Assembly (NCBI GenBank): GCA_025451395.1
Contig: JANWKM010000033.1
Span: forward strand, 1-43,254
Direction of reading: 5' to 3'
From: Ilumatobacteraceae bacterium
Lineage (GTDB): Bacteria; Actinomycetota; Acidimicrobiia; Acidimicrobiales; Ilumatobacteraceae
Length of the DNA: 43,254 nt
The translations under genes were made by a program, and so were the position numbers. The first letter of the stretch is position 1, and every line of letters starts with the position of its first letter. Below, in pieces: positions 25,097 to 33,002 of this stretch. The notes under the pieces were generated by a model. That model did not search any database. It had not been told where the DNA came from and saw only the letters and a list, made by a program, of their open reading frames with translations.

Positions 25097-25618
25097 TTAG
25101 AGGTCGATGGCTTCGACGGTGCGCAAGATGGTGCGCAATACGTGGGCGAGTTCGATCTGCTCTTCCTCGGTGAGCGCCTGCGTGACCAGGCGTTCGTGGC
25201 GGTTGAACGCGGGCATGATTTCGTCGACGACCTTGCGGCCGGTCGTGGTCAGTGCCACCAACACGCGTCGACCGTCGGCGCGGTCGGTCTTGCGCCGCAA
25301 TAGTTGACGCGCTTCCAACGTCTTCATCACTCCGGTCAGAGTCGCGGCGGTGACGCCTGCTTCGGCTGCCAACGTGCGGGCATCCATCTCTCCCCAGACG
25401 CGCAGCACGAACAGGCTGGTGAATGCGCTCCAACTCAGCTCGTGTTGCGCAAGAACGCCGCCCTCCATGTGGTTGCGCACGGAGGTTGCGGCGCGAAAGA
25501 TGTTCGAGACCGCGGCCAAAGAGGTGAGGTCGAGGTCGAGCCCGGTGAACGCGGCGCGAACGTCGCGCTCAGCGGTTACGAGATCGCGATCGTCATCGCT
25601 GGCGAACAAACGCGGCAC
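25097..25618 (-). CDS. MarR-family transcriptional regulator.
   Basis: MDARTLAAEAGVTAATLTGVMKTLEARQLLRRKTDRADGRRVLVALTTTGRKV is a winged helix-turn-helix. The start lies 3 nt after the upstream acyltransferase stop. Confidence 0.85.
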   Translation of the reverse strand: MPRLFASDDDRDLVTAERDVRAAFTGLDLDLTSLAAVSNIFRAATSVRNHMEGGVLAQHELSWSAFTSLFVLRVWGEMDARTLAAEAGVTAATLTGVMKTLEARQLLRRKTDRADGRRVLVALTTTGRKVVDEIMPAFNRHERLVTQALTEEEQIELAHVLRTILRTVEAIDL

Positions 25619-25621
25619 AAG

Positions 25622-26395
25622 TCACGCTTTCATCAGGGCGACTTCGTTGCTGATCAGGTCGCGCACTCGTTCCCGCAAAGCGGGAACGTCCTCCTTTGTC
25701 ATGCCGGTGGTGTCGATCGTTGGCAGCACACGAACCTCGGCAGTGGTGACATCGAACCGCCAGTCACCCTTGGGTATTGCCTGGCGTGTACCAGCAACAG
25801 CGAGCGGCAGAATCGGGCGGCCGGTCTCGACGGCCAACCGAAATGCCCCGTCCTTGAACTCACCCATGACGCCGTCCATCGAGCGTGTGCCCTCGGGGAA
25901 CAGCATCACGCTGACCTTCTTGCTGAGTCGGTCGCGCGCGCCGCGCATCGCGGACACGATGCTTTGTCTGTCGCCGCGGATCAGTTTGATGTCGCCCGAC
26001 ATTCGCATCATCCAACCGATCAGCGGATACCTGAAGAAGTCTTCCTTCGACAGCCACTTCATCTCCCACGGCAGATGTGAGATCAGGAACATGTCAGCCA
26101 AACTCTCGTGATTGGCGACAACCACATACGGTCGGCGCGGATCTTCGACCTTGATTCCGCTCGTGCGGAATCGCCACAACGGGTTCAGCCAGGTGTGCAC
26201 GACGCACAGCTTGCGAAACAGCCAGCCGGGCCAGTAACGGCCGCGATCGAACGGCGCGGTCACGACCCACACCACGAACACCAATGGCGTCCAGATGATG
26301 GCGATGACTCCGAGCATCAGCCACGCCCACACCGACAGCAGGGTGCGCGAGAAGGCGTTCCCGAGCACACGCTGGCGAAATGCTGAGACGCGCAT
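25622..26395 (-). CDS. 1-acyl-sn-glycerol-3-phosphate acyltransferase family (PlsC-like).
   Basis: The NHESLAD (HX4D) and FPEGTRS motifs are present, with an N-terminal TM segment. I prefer the ATG at 26395 (MRVSAFRQ...), because the ORF-track start at 26566 would overlap the divergent lipoprotein gene. Confidence 0.8.
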   Translation of the reverse strand: MRVSAFRQRVLGNAFSRTLLSVWAWLMLGVIAIIWTPLVFVVWVVTAPFDRGRYWPGWLFRKLCVVHTWLNPLWRFRTSGIKVEDPRRPYVVVANHESLADMFLISHLPWEMKWLSKEDFFRYPLIGWMMRMSGDIKLIRGDRQSIVSAMRGARDRLSKKVSVMLFPEGTRSMDGVMGEFKDGAFRLAVETGRPILPLAVAGTRQAIPKGDWRFDVTTAEVRVLPTIDTTGMTKEDVPALRERVRDLISNEVALMKA

Positions 26396-26404
26396 GCCTA
26401 CATG

Positions 26405-26443
26405 GTTACACGCGACGCGAACTCTGCGTGCGTCGGACGTAAC
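26405..26443. promoter_or_regulatory. Imperfect inverted repeat in the plsC-marR / lipoprotein divergent region. This is a candidate MarR operator.
   Basis: GTTACacgCGACGC-N11-GCGTCGgacGTAAC has 11 of 14 positions complementary. Confidence 0.3.
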
Positions 26444-26451
26444 GTCAAGGG

Positions 26452-27603
26452 GTGATGCGGCGAATTCTGTCCCCGGTCGCTTTGGGGGCGCTGGCGCTTG
26501 GTGCGGTTGCGTGTTCCGGCGACTCATCGACCGTTGCGACGACGACCACACCGGGGCAAACAGCAAGCGCCGGATTGGACGGAATCCAAACGCTGCTGTC
26601 CTTGCGCCACGCTGGAGCGTGGCGGGCGGACGGTGTGGACGACATCGAGGTGTGGATCTGCCACGTTCCCGTCGACACGACGGCGCCGATGTACTTCGGC
26701 CTGCCTCTGCGACTTCCGCTGACGACAGCGGGAGTAGTTGAAGTACTCAATGCACGCGTCACAACTTATTACGACACGATCTCGAACGGCCTTTATCACC
26801 CCCAGTTTCATTCGGGGGGTGAGGCCAACCTCGGCATCAGTCAGGACCCGCACGTCTGCGTTGATCAGGCGATCATCGGTGCCGAGGACACTGCCGATGC
26901 AGTGCTCGTGGTCGCGGATGCGGAGCACGTTCCAGGATTTCGGGGAGGTTTCGGCACCGGAGGCCAACCGTGCCCTTTTGAACCGCCGTGCCCGGTGCTC
27001 AACTCGCGCCGGTCGGCATACGTCGGGGCCAGCGACTTCAATTCCGTTTGGGGTGCTGAGCCGCCAATGGACTTGGTCGAGCACGAGATCGGGCACACAC
27101 TCGGTTGGGCGCACAGCGGTTTCGTCGACGGCGCGCAGTATCAAAGTGCACTCGACCTGATGAGCAACAACGCCGCGCCGCGCGAGATCGATCCAGCGCG
27201 CCGCGACGGACCCGACACTCTGGCCATCAATCGATTGCTCGCTGGCTGGTTGCCAGAGTCCGACGTATGGGTCGCACCGCCGCGTGGCGGGATGGTGCAC
27301 TTGGAACCGTCGACATCCGACGGCGGAACGCGGTTGGCCTTCGTCGTTCTTAGTACCGGCGTTGGTAACGCCAGTTACCTCACGGTTGAAGTGTTGAGTT
27401 CCGATGGATACAACGCCCACCTTCCTGCCGGCGGCGTCGCAGTGCACCGCGTCGAGGTCACCCTTTGGGAGGTGCAAGCGAATGTGCCTCTCGTCGGCGC
27501 GGCACCGTTCACCGACCTGCTACAACCTGGCGAATTCGTGGAAAGCGACGGCTGGCGCATCGAGGCGCTCGAGGGCGGCGTTTCGATTACGCCCGTTCCT
27601 TAA
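26452..27603 (+). CDS. Putative secreted or lipoprotein zinc metalloprotease with a metzincin-type motif.
   Basis: The signal peptide MMRRILSPVALGALALGAVAC-SGDSS has a loose lipobox. HEIGHTLGWAH equals HExxHxxGxxH. I do not recognise the rest of the protein. Confidence 0.55.
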   Translation: MMRRILSPVALGALALGAVACSGDSSTVATTTTPGQTASAGLDGIQTLLSLRHAGAWRADGVDDIEVWICHVPVDTTAPMYFGLPLRLPLTTAGVVEVLNARVTTYYDTISNGLYHPQFHSGGEANLGISQDPHVCVDQAIIGAEDTADAVLVVADAEHVPGFRGGFGTGGQPCPFEPPCPVLNSRRSAYVGASDFNSVWGAEPPMDLVEHEIGHTLGWAHSGFVDGAQYQSALDLMSNNAAPREIDPARRDGPDTLAINRLLAGWLPESDVWVAPPRGGMVHLEPSTSDGGTRLAFVVLSTGVGNASYLTVEVLSSDGYNAHLPAGGVAVHRVEVTLWEVQANVPLVGAAPFTDLLQPGEFVESDGWRIEALEGGVSITPVP

Positions 27604-27633
27604 CTATTCCTGCACGACTGTAGGGTCGCGGGA

Positions 27634-28035
27634 ATGACACCCGAGCTGCAGGAACTTTTTGACGCCGCGCTCGCCGCGCAGGCCAATGCGCATGCTCCGT
27701 ACAGCCACTATCCGGTTGGTGCGGCCGTACGCAGTTCGAGCGGCAAGGTGTACGCCGGCTGCAACGTCGAGAACGCCGCCTACCCGCAAGGTTGGTGCGC
27801 GGAAGCGAGCGCGATCGCAGCGATGGTCTCGGCGGGTGAGCGACGTATCACCGCGGTGGTGACGCTCAGCAGTGGTCCAATCATGGGTACTTGTTGCGGA
27901 GGTTGTCGGCAGAAGATCCGAGAGTTCGCTGATCTCGATGTCCCCATACATTCATGCGGTCCTGAAGGGTTGCGTCGCAGCTTCACGCTGCAGGAGTTGT
28001 TGCCGTTCAGCTTCGGTCCGGAGAATTTGCCATGA
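27634..28035 (+). CDS. cdd: Cytidine deaminase.
   Basis: The product is 133 aa. The zinc ligands are present (CAEASAI and CCGGCRQ). YSHYPVGAAV is present. Confidence 0.85.
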   Translation: MTPELQELFDAALAAQANAHAPYSHYPVGAAVRSSSGKVYAGCNVENAAYPQGWCAEASAIAAMVSAGERRITAVVTLSSGPIMGTCCGGCRQKIREFADLDVPIHSCGPEGLRRSFTLQELLPFSFGPENLP

Positions 28036-29234
28036 CCGAACCCTTAACGACACGGCAACCTTCAACGACCAAACGCATGCCGCACCTCACCGCCAAGTTG
28101 CAGGGCTTCGGCACCACCATCTTCGCCGAGATGTCGGCGCTCGCCGTCGCTACCGACAGCGTCAACCTCGGCCAGGGGTTTCCCGATACCGACGGCCCGC
28201 GCGCTGTACTCGACGCCGCGATCGCGGGGATCAACGGCGGGCTCAATCAATACCCGCCCGGTCCTGGCATGCCCGTTTTGCGTAACGCGATTGCGGCTCA
28301 CCAACAACGCTTCTACGGCCTGACGTACGACCCCGACACGGAAGTGTTGGTCACTGCCGGCGCGACCGAAGCTCTTGCGGGCGCGCTGTTGGGTTTGCTC
28401 GATACAGGTGACGAGGTCGTGCTCTTCGAGCCGATGTACGACAGTTATCAAGCGTGCATCTCGATGGCTGGAGCGGTACCGAAGCCGGTGACGTTGCGGC
28501 CGCCCGATTATGGCTTCGATGTCGACGAGTTGGTCGCGGCGATCACGCCGAAGACGAAGTTGCTGCTCATCAACACGCCACACAACCCCACGGGCAAGGT
28601 ACTGAACCGCGACGAACTACTGATCATTGCCAAGCTCGCCATCGACAATGACCTGATCGTGCTCACCGATGAGGTGTACGAGCACCTCACCTTCGATGGC
28701 ACGAAACACATTCCGATGGCGACCTTGCCGGGAATGCGCGATCGAGTGCTGGGTATCTCGAGTGGTGGCAAAACGTTCAACACGACTGGTTGGAAGATTG
28801 GATGGCTGTGCGGCCCGGCGCCGCTCGTCGCAGCCGCGCGCACGGCAAAACAATTCCTGACGTTCGTAAATGGCGGCCCGTTTCAGCCAGCGATCGCGCT
28901 CGGTCTCGGTCTGCCGGATGCGTACTTTCGCGACTTCGGAGCCGACTTGCAAGCCAAACGCGATCGCCTGTTGCCCGGTCTCCACAAGGCCGGGTTCACG
29001 GTGTTCCCCACGCGTGGCACCTACTTCGTCACTGTCGACATCCGCCCGTTACGCGCCGACGGTGACGGCCTCGCGTTCTGTCGCGAGCTTCCGAAGCGCT
29101 GCGGTGTTGTCGCGATTCCGAACGAGGTGTTCTACGCCAACAAACACGAAGGTCGCCACCTCGTGCGCTTCGCATTCTGCAAGCGCTTCGAAGTCCTCGA
29201 CGAAGCCGTCACGCGCCTACAAACTCTGGCGTAG
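28032..29234 (+). CDS. Class I/II PLP aminotransferase, DapC/YbdL-like.
   Basis: FGTTIFAEMSALA ... VNLGQGFPDTDGP ... NQYPPGPG ... NTPHNPTG ... TDEVYEHL ... SSGGKTF is closely collinear with my recollection of mycobacterial DapC (Rv0858c). The start overlaps the cdd stop at ATGA. Confidence 0.85.
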   Translation: MTEPLTTRQPSTTKRMPHLTAKLQGFGTTIFAEMSALAVATDSVNLGQGFPDTDGPRAVLDAAIAGINGGLNQYPPGPGMPVLRNAIAAHQQRFYGLTYDPDTEVLVTAGATEALAGALLGLLDTGDEVVLFEPMYDSYQACISMAGAVPKPVTLRPPDYGFDVDELVAAITPKTKLLLINTPHNPTGKVLNRDELLIIAKLAIDNDLIVLTDEVYEHLTFDGTKHIPMATLPGMRDRVLGISSGGKTFNTTGWKIGWLCGPAPLVAAARTAKQFLTFVNGGPFQPAIALGLGLPDAYFRDFGADLQAKRDRLLPGLHKAGFTVFPTRGTYFVTVDIRPLRADGDGLAFCRELPKRCGVVAIPNEVFYANKHEGRHLVRFAFCKRFEVLDEAVTRLQTLA

Positions 29235-29238
29235 CTGT

Positions 29239-29324
29239 CCGAGGGTTTGCTCCCGTCGGAGGGTTTCCTCCCCGCCGGCGGGGAGGAAACCCTCCGAGCT
29301 GCCGCGGCGGGAGCAAACCCTCGG
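29239..29324. repeat. 86-bp nested perfect palindrome (REP-like) between convergent genes.
   Basis: The outer arms are 29239-29255 (CCGAGGGTTTGCTCCCG) and 29308-29324, a perfect 17 bp. The inner arms are 29258-29276 and 29277-29295, a perfect 19 bp (GGAGGGTTTCCTCCCCGCC|GGCGGGGAGGAAACCCTCC). All four arms are variants of GAGGGTTT[G/C]CTCCC. Confidence 0.85.
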
Positions 29325-29336
29325 ATGAAACTTCGA

Positions 29337-30107
29337 CTAGCGGCGATCTTGGAGGAAGCGGAAGCGGTCGCGGGTGGCGGCGACGGTGGCGGGCTCGACG
29401 TCGGCGAACAGGATCGTCTCGGCTTGCGAGCCAGTGGCTAGCAGTTCGCCGAGTGGATCCACGATGCGACTGTCGCCGACGTACTTCAGTCCACCGCCTT
29501 CGCCGACGCGATTGCAACCGACGACATACGCCTGGTTCTCGATCGCTCGCGCCTGCAACAGCGACATCCAGTGGTTGCGTCGCGGTTCTGGCCAGTTTGC
29601 CGGCACCAAATACACATCGGTGGTTGGCGCTAACTGCCAGAACTCGTCGGCGAAGCGCAGGTCGTAGCACACGAATGGACTGACGCGTACGCCTTCGATC
29701 TCGACCTGCTGCAACTTGCTGCCAGGACGAAAGTGCTCGCCTTCGCCGCCAAAAGTGAATGGATGAATCTTGTGGTAGCGGTGCACCGTGCCGTCGGGAC
29801 CAGCAAGCACGAAACTGTTCGCCGGACGCTTATCTGCGCCGTCGCCGCCAGAAGGGATCTCCGGGCAACTGCCGCACACCCACACGCCGTGTTCGGCGGC
29901 TTGCGCGGCGAGGAACTGCGCCGACGGTCCGCCTTCGGGCTCGCCTTGCAGTGAGCTGTCGACAACAAATCCGGTCGAGAACATCTCAGTGAGCAAAACC
30001 AAACGCGCGCCACCGGCGGCAGCGGCCGCCACCATTGGTGCCAACCGCGTGAAGTTCGCGTCGCGATCGTTCCAAACGGTGTCGTGCTGTACGGCAGCGA
30101 TGCGCAT
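29337..30107 (-). CDS. Carbon-nitrogen hydrolase (nitrilase superfamily), omega-amidase/YafV-like.
   Basis: MRIAAVQHD is at the start. The catalytic residues are present: Glu (LLTEMF), Lys (YHKIHPF) and Cys (FVCYDLRFADEFW). Confidence 0.85.
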   Translation of the reverse strand: MRIAAVQHDTVWNDRDANFTRLAPMVAAAAAGGARLVLLTEMFSTGFVVDSSLQGEPEGGPSAQFLAAQAAEHGVWVCGSCPEIPSGGDGADKRPANSFVLAGPDGTVHRYHKIHPFTFGGEGEHFRPGSKLQQVEIEGVRVSPFVCYDLRFADEFWQLAPTTDVYLVPANWPEPRRNHWMSLLQARAIENQAYVVGCNRVGEGGGLKYVGDSRIVDPLGELLATGSQAETILFADVEPATVAATRDRFRFLQDRR

Positions 30108-30125
30108 CGCGCAATGGTAGAGGTA

Positions 30126-30389
30126 CTACTTCGAGACGTTCCGACGACGAGGCCCGGAGCCGACTGGAGGAAGCCCCGTGGCGGCGGCCTCCTGCAGGAC
30201 CGCAACAAGGTCCGGTCGCGCGGTCAAAAGCCGGAGTTCGTGGGCAGCGAGCACCACCGCGGGCGAGAGCGTGATCACGCCGTCGGATGACACCTCGACG
30301 AGGTAACGAGTCGGACTGTCGGGTGGCAGGATCCTGCCTAGCTGGACGCGTCGACGCTCATCGAGGTCAATGACTGTGGTGGTGGTCAC
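30126..30389 (-). CDS. Small protein, possibly an AbrB/SpoVT/MazE-like DNA-binding protein.
   Basis: VTTTTVIDLDERRRVQLGRILPPDSPTRYLVEVSSDGVITLSP weakly resembles the swapped-hairpin AbrB pattern. The start is either GTG 30389 or ATG 30407. This is a weak call. Confidence 0.3.
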   Translation of the reverse strand: MTTTTVIDLDERRRVQLGRILPPDSPTRYLVEVSSDGVITLSPAVVLAAHELRLLTARPDLVAVLQEAAATGLPPVGSGPRRRNVSK

Positions 30390-30398
30390 GTGAATAAT

Positions 30399-30455
30399 GT
30401 ACCACATTTACCACGAGTGTTACAATGAGATATACGTCACAAATGTAACATATGT
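30399..30455. promoter_or_regulatory. AT-rich divergent control region with multiple repeats.
   Basis: - Direct TACCAC repeats lie at 30400-30405 and 30409-30414.
- The inverted repeat TGTTACA (30418-30424) / TGTAACA (30444-30450) has 19-nt spacing.
- The palindrome ACATATGT lies at 30448-30455.
- TACAAT (30421-30426) looks like a -10 hexamer. Confidence 0.4.
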
Positions 30456-30469
30456 GCTATCATCAGCCC

Positions 30470-30736
30470 GTGATCGTTCAGTATTCGCCCGATTCCATTG
30501 GCAGCCTGGATTCGCTCAGCGTGGCTAGTCCTGCCATGAGCAACGTCGTGAACGCTGAACTTGACCGGTTCGAGGCAGAGCCCGGTTTGACGCGTTGGAA
30601 ACGCCGCGCTTACGCCGGCGTCGCGCCCCGCACGTACGGGTTTGACATCGTGAGTCGCGGCGAAGAGTTCCTGGTTCTTTGGCAGCAAACGAGTGACTCG
30701 ACGATCACCGTCGTGTACATCGGCGTGCCGATATAG
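30470..30736 (+). CDS. Small hypothetical protein with a weak RelE/ParE-like pattern.
   Basis: VIVQYSPDSIGSLDSL ... RTYGFDIVSRGEEFLVLWQQTSDSTITVVYIG has the strand order of RelE/ParE-fold toxins. I see no same-strand antitoxin partner. The start is GTG 30470 or ATG 30452. Confidence 0.3.
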   Translation: MIVQYSPDSIGSLDSLSVASPAMSNVVNAELDRFEAEPGLTRWKRRAYAGVAPRTYGFDIVSRGEEFLVLWQQTSDSTITVVYIGVPI

Positions 30737-30745
30737 CCCCTGATC

Positions 30746-31258
30746 TCAACTAAGAGGCAACTCCAGCAGGCTGACAGTCTTCTTGCCGCCGTCGGTTTCC
30801 TGCTGACCGACCTCGCGAAACCCGATCGCGTGGTGAAACTTCAGCGAAGTTTCGTTTCGCGGGCGCACGTTGACCTCGCACAGGAGAACGGGATGCATAC
30901 CGGTGAACTGTTCGACTATCGCCGCGTAGAAACCGCGGCCGATGCCGAAGCGGCGGAAGTCGGAATGCACGGCAATGCGGTCGAGATACACGAACTCGCT
31001 GTAGTGGCGACTAAACCATCCGTAGTTCAGGCTTGCGTACGGCTGGCTGGGGCCGAGCACCCAGCAGAAGCCGGCGAAGCGGCTTTGACCGTCGTCGCCC
31101 AGAACCTCCGCGACCAGCGCCGACTCGGAGAGTGCGGCCAAGCGGGCAACCTCTGCGTGATCGAGTTCGTTCAGTTCCGGAATGTTGGCATTGTTCAGGA
31201 CCATCGCCGGCTCGACGTCGTGATCGGCAAATGGCCGGATGGTGACGGCGGGATGCAT
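30746..31258 (-). CDS. GNAT-family N-acetyltransferase.
   Basis: The product is 170 aa. The acetyl-CoA site pattern is [39 protein letters not shown] is present. Confidence 0.8.
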   Translation of the reverse strand: MHPAVTIRPFADHDVEPAMVLNNANIPELNELDHAEVARLAALSESALVAEVLGDDGQSRFAGFCWVLGPSQPYASLNYGWFSRHYSEFVYLDRIAVHSDFRRFGIGRGFYAAIVEQFTGMHPVLLCEVNVRPRNETSLKFHHAIGFREVGQQETDGGKKTVSLLELPLS

Positions 31259-31266
31259 CGGCGCGC

Positions 31267-31280
31267 ACCTTAGCTAGCCT
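31267..31280. promoter_or_regulatory. Back-to-back -10-like hexamers for two divergent, probably leaderless, genes.
   Basis: The intergenic region is only 29 bp. TAGCCT (31275-31280) lies 7 nt before the msrA ATG. TAAGGT on the - strand (31272-31267) lies 8 nt before the GNAT ATG. Both fit TANNNT. Confidence 0.25.
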
Positions 31281-31287
31281 TAGTCGC

Positions 31288-31929
31288 ATGTTCCTTCAAA
31301 AGTCCGAGATGATCTCCGCCGATACCGCTCTTCCCGGCCGCGCCGAACCGATGCCAGTTCCCGCGAAACACTTCGTGCTCGACGCGCCACTCACCGGCCC
31401 ATGGCCCGACGGATTTCAATCTGCGGTGTTCGGCCTCGGATGCTTCTGGGGCGCGGAGCGCAAGTTCTGGCAGACAGATGGCGTGTTCACGACCGCCGCC
31501 GGCTACGCCGGTGGCTTCACCCCTAACGCCACCTACGAGGAAACGTGCACCGGGCGCACCGGACATACGGAAGCTGTGTTGGTTGTGTTCGACCCCGCCA
31601 AGGTGAGCTACGAACAGCTGCTGAAGGTGTTCTGGGAAAACCACGACCCAACGCAGGGCATGCGCCAGGGCAACGACAGGGGCACGCAATATCGCAGCGC
31701 GATCTACACAACCGAGCCATCACAAGTGACCGCCGCCGAAGCCAGTCGCGCGATGTACCAAGAGATGCTCACTGCCGCTGGCTTTGGCGAGATCACAACC
31801 GAGGTGAAGCCGCTCGACAACTTCTATTACGCAGAGGCCTACCACCAGCAATATCTCGCCAAGAATCCCAACGGCTATTGCGGAATCGGCGGCACCGGTG
31901 TGAGCTGCCCGATCGGACTGCGTACGTAA
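31288..31929 (+). CDS. msrA: Peptide methionine (S)-sulfoxide reductase MsrA.
   Basis: [23 protein letters not shown] and [10 protein letters not shown] are present. The N-terminus aligns with E. coli MsrA (ADALPGR). Confidence 0.95.
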   Translation: MFLQKSEMISADTALPGRAEPMPVPAKHFVLDAPLTGPWPDGFQSAVFGLGCFWGAERKFWQTDGVFTTAAGYAGGFTPNATYEETCTGRTGHTEAVLVVFDPAKVSYEQLLKVFWENHDPTQGMRQGNDRGTQYRSAIYTTEPSQVTAAEASRAMYQEMLTAAGFGEITTEVKPLDNFYYAEAYHQQYLAKNPNGYCGIGGTGVSCPIGLRT

Positions 31930-31968
31930 ACGGCCTGTGTACGTGAGCGACTTGCGTACGTGAACGAC

Positions 31969-32391
31969 CTACGCACCAACTGAACCGGTGTATTCGGTGA
32001 GCGCTAGCCGCAGATCGTCGAGGGATCGCGCCAGTCGGTGCATCGAGCACTCCAGCATCAGGTTGACGACCTCGTCGGGGAATCGTCGTCGCCAATCTGT
32101 GTGCAAGCCGATCAGGTATTTTCCACGAGCGTAGGCGTACCCCAACTCCCAGGCGGTTCCGTCGTCGGTGATGACTCCGTTGAGGCTGGCGACGACTATG
32201 TCGCACTCGTCGATGCCGCGCTTGTCGTTCTCGAAGATCGTGCGAACGTTGAACTGATCCTTCGGTGGATTGTCGCGGTGCGGAAGAAAGGTTTCGAAGC
32301 CAGCATCGGCAACTAAGCGCTCGATACTCTCGATCCACCAACGTTCGCCCTCATCGAACAATGGCCCGGCGATGTATGCCTTCATACTCAT
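31969..32391 (-). CDS. Nucleoside 2-deoxyribosyltransferase-like protein.
   Basis: YIAGPLFDEGERWW ... DIVVASLNGVITDDGTAWELGYAYARGKYLIG is the family pattern. The start overlaps the upstream gene stop at ATGA. Confidence 0.7.
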   Translation of the reverse strand: MSMKAYIAGPLFDEGERWWIESIERLVADAGFETFLPHRDNPPKDQFNVRTIFENDKRGIDECDIVVASLNGVITDDGTAWELGYAYARGKYLIGLHTDWRRRFPDEVVNLMLECSMHRLARSLDDLRLALTEYTGSVGA

Positions 32392-33002
32392 CGCATCAGG
32401 TTGTAGTCGTCGGGCAACTGTTGCCGACCGGTGAGCGCGAGGATTAGTTGCGTTGGGGACGCGAGCTGGGTCAACACGGAGAGCACGACTGCGGCCGTAT
32501 CACTGTGCAACTCGGCCGGCTGATTGGTCGCGCGCGCCAAATCGAGCGTGTGCACGCCCAACTCGACGACACGGGTGGCGAGATATTCGATCAGCGTCAT
32601 TTGCCCGACAAAACTGTTCACCGGTTCGTCGTTGGCGGTGGCCGCCACCAACGCGAGCACGCGAGCCACGGTGACCTCCGCTTCTCCGACCGGATCGATG
32701 AGCTGTCGACCGGCCTGGCGTGAACGCGCCGCAACACCCTCGTGCACGTTGGGCCCGCTGAGCGCGGCGATGTAGTACTCGGACGCGTCGGCCAATACCC
32801 GATCGGTGTGCGGCTCGGCCGCCAAGTAGCCCTCGACGGTGATGAATGCCCGCAGCGCGTGCGCGGCAAGTTCGCGTGTGGTCAGTTCGCCCAGCGCTTC
32901 TGGCTGATCCCATTGCTCGGCCGATACTCCGCGCAACACATCCAGGAAGGTGCTGGCGCCATGTTCGAACGCATCTCTTACCGCAGCGGGATGTTGCAGC
33001 AT
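32388..33002 (-). CDS. DinB-like / maleylpyruvate-isomerase N-terminal (mycothiol-dependent) domain protein.
   Basis: The N-terminal FLDVLRGVSAEQWDQP ... TRELAAHAL pattern is that of the actinobacterial TIGR03083-type family. This assignment is by eye. Confidence 0.55.
   Translation of the reverse strand: MLQHPAAVRDAFEHGASTFLDVLRGVSAEQWDQPEALGELTTRELAAHALRAFITVEGYLAAEPHTDRVLADASEYYIAALSGPNVHEGVAARSRQAGRQLIDPVGEAEVTVARVLALVAATANDEPVNSFVGQMTLIEYLATRVVELGVHTLDLARATNQPAELHSDTAAVVLSVLTQLASPTQLILALTGRQQLPDDYNLMR

Noticed and set aside
28032-30107. The aminotransferase and nitrilase-family hydrolase read as a glutamine transaminase / omega-amidase functional pair.
   Set aside because: The aminotransferase is collinear with actinobacterial DapC-type enzymes. 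The two genes are convergent and separated by the large palindrome, so there is no evidence of co-transcription. The linkage may be fortuitous.
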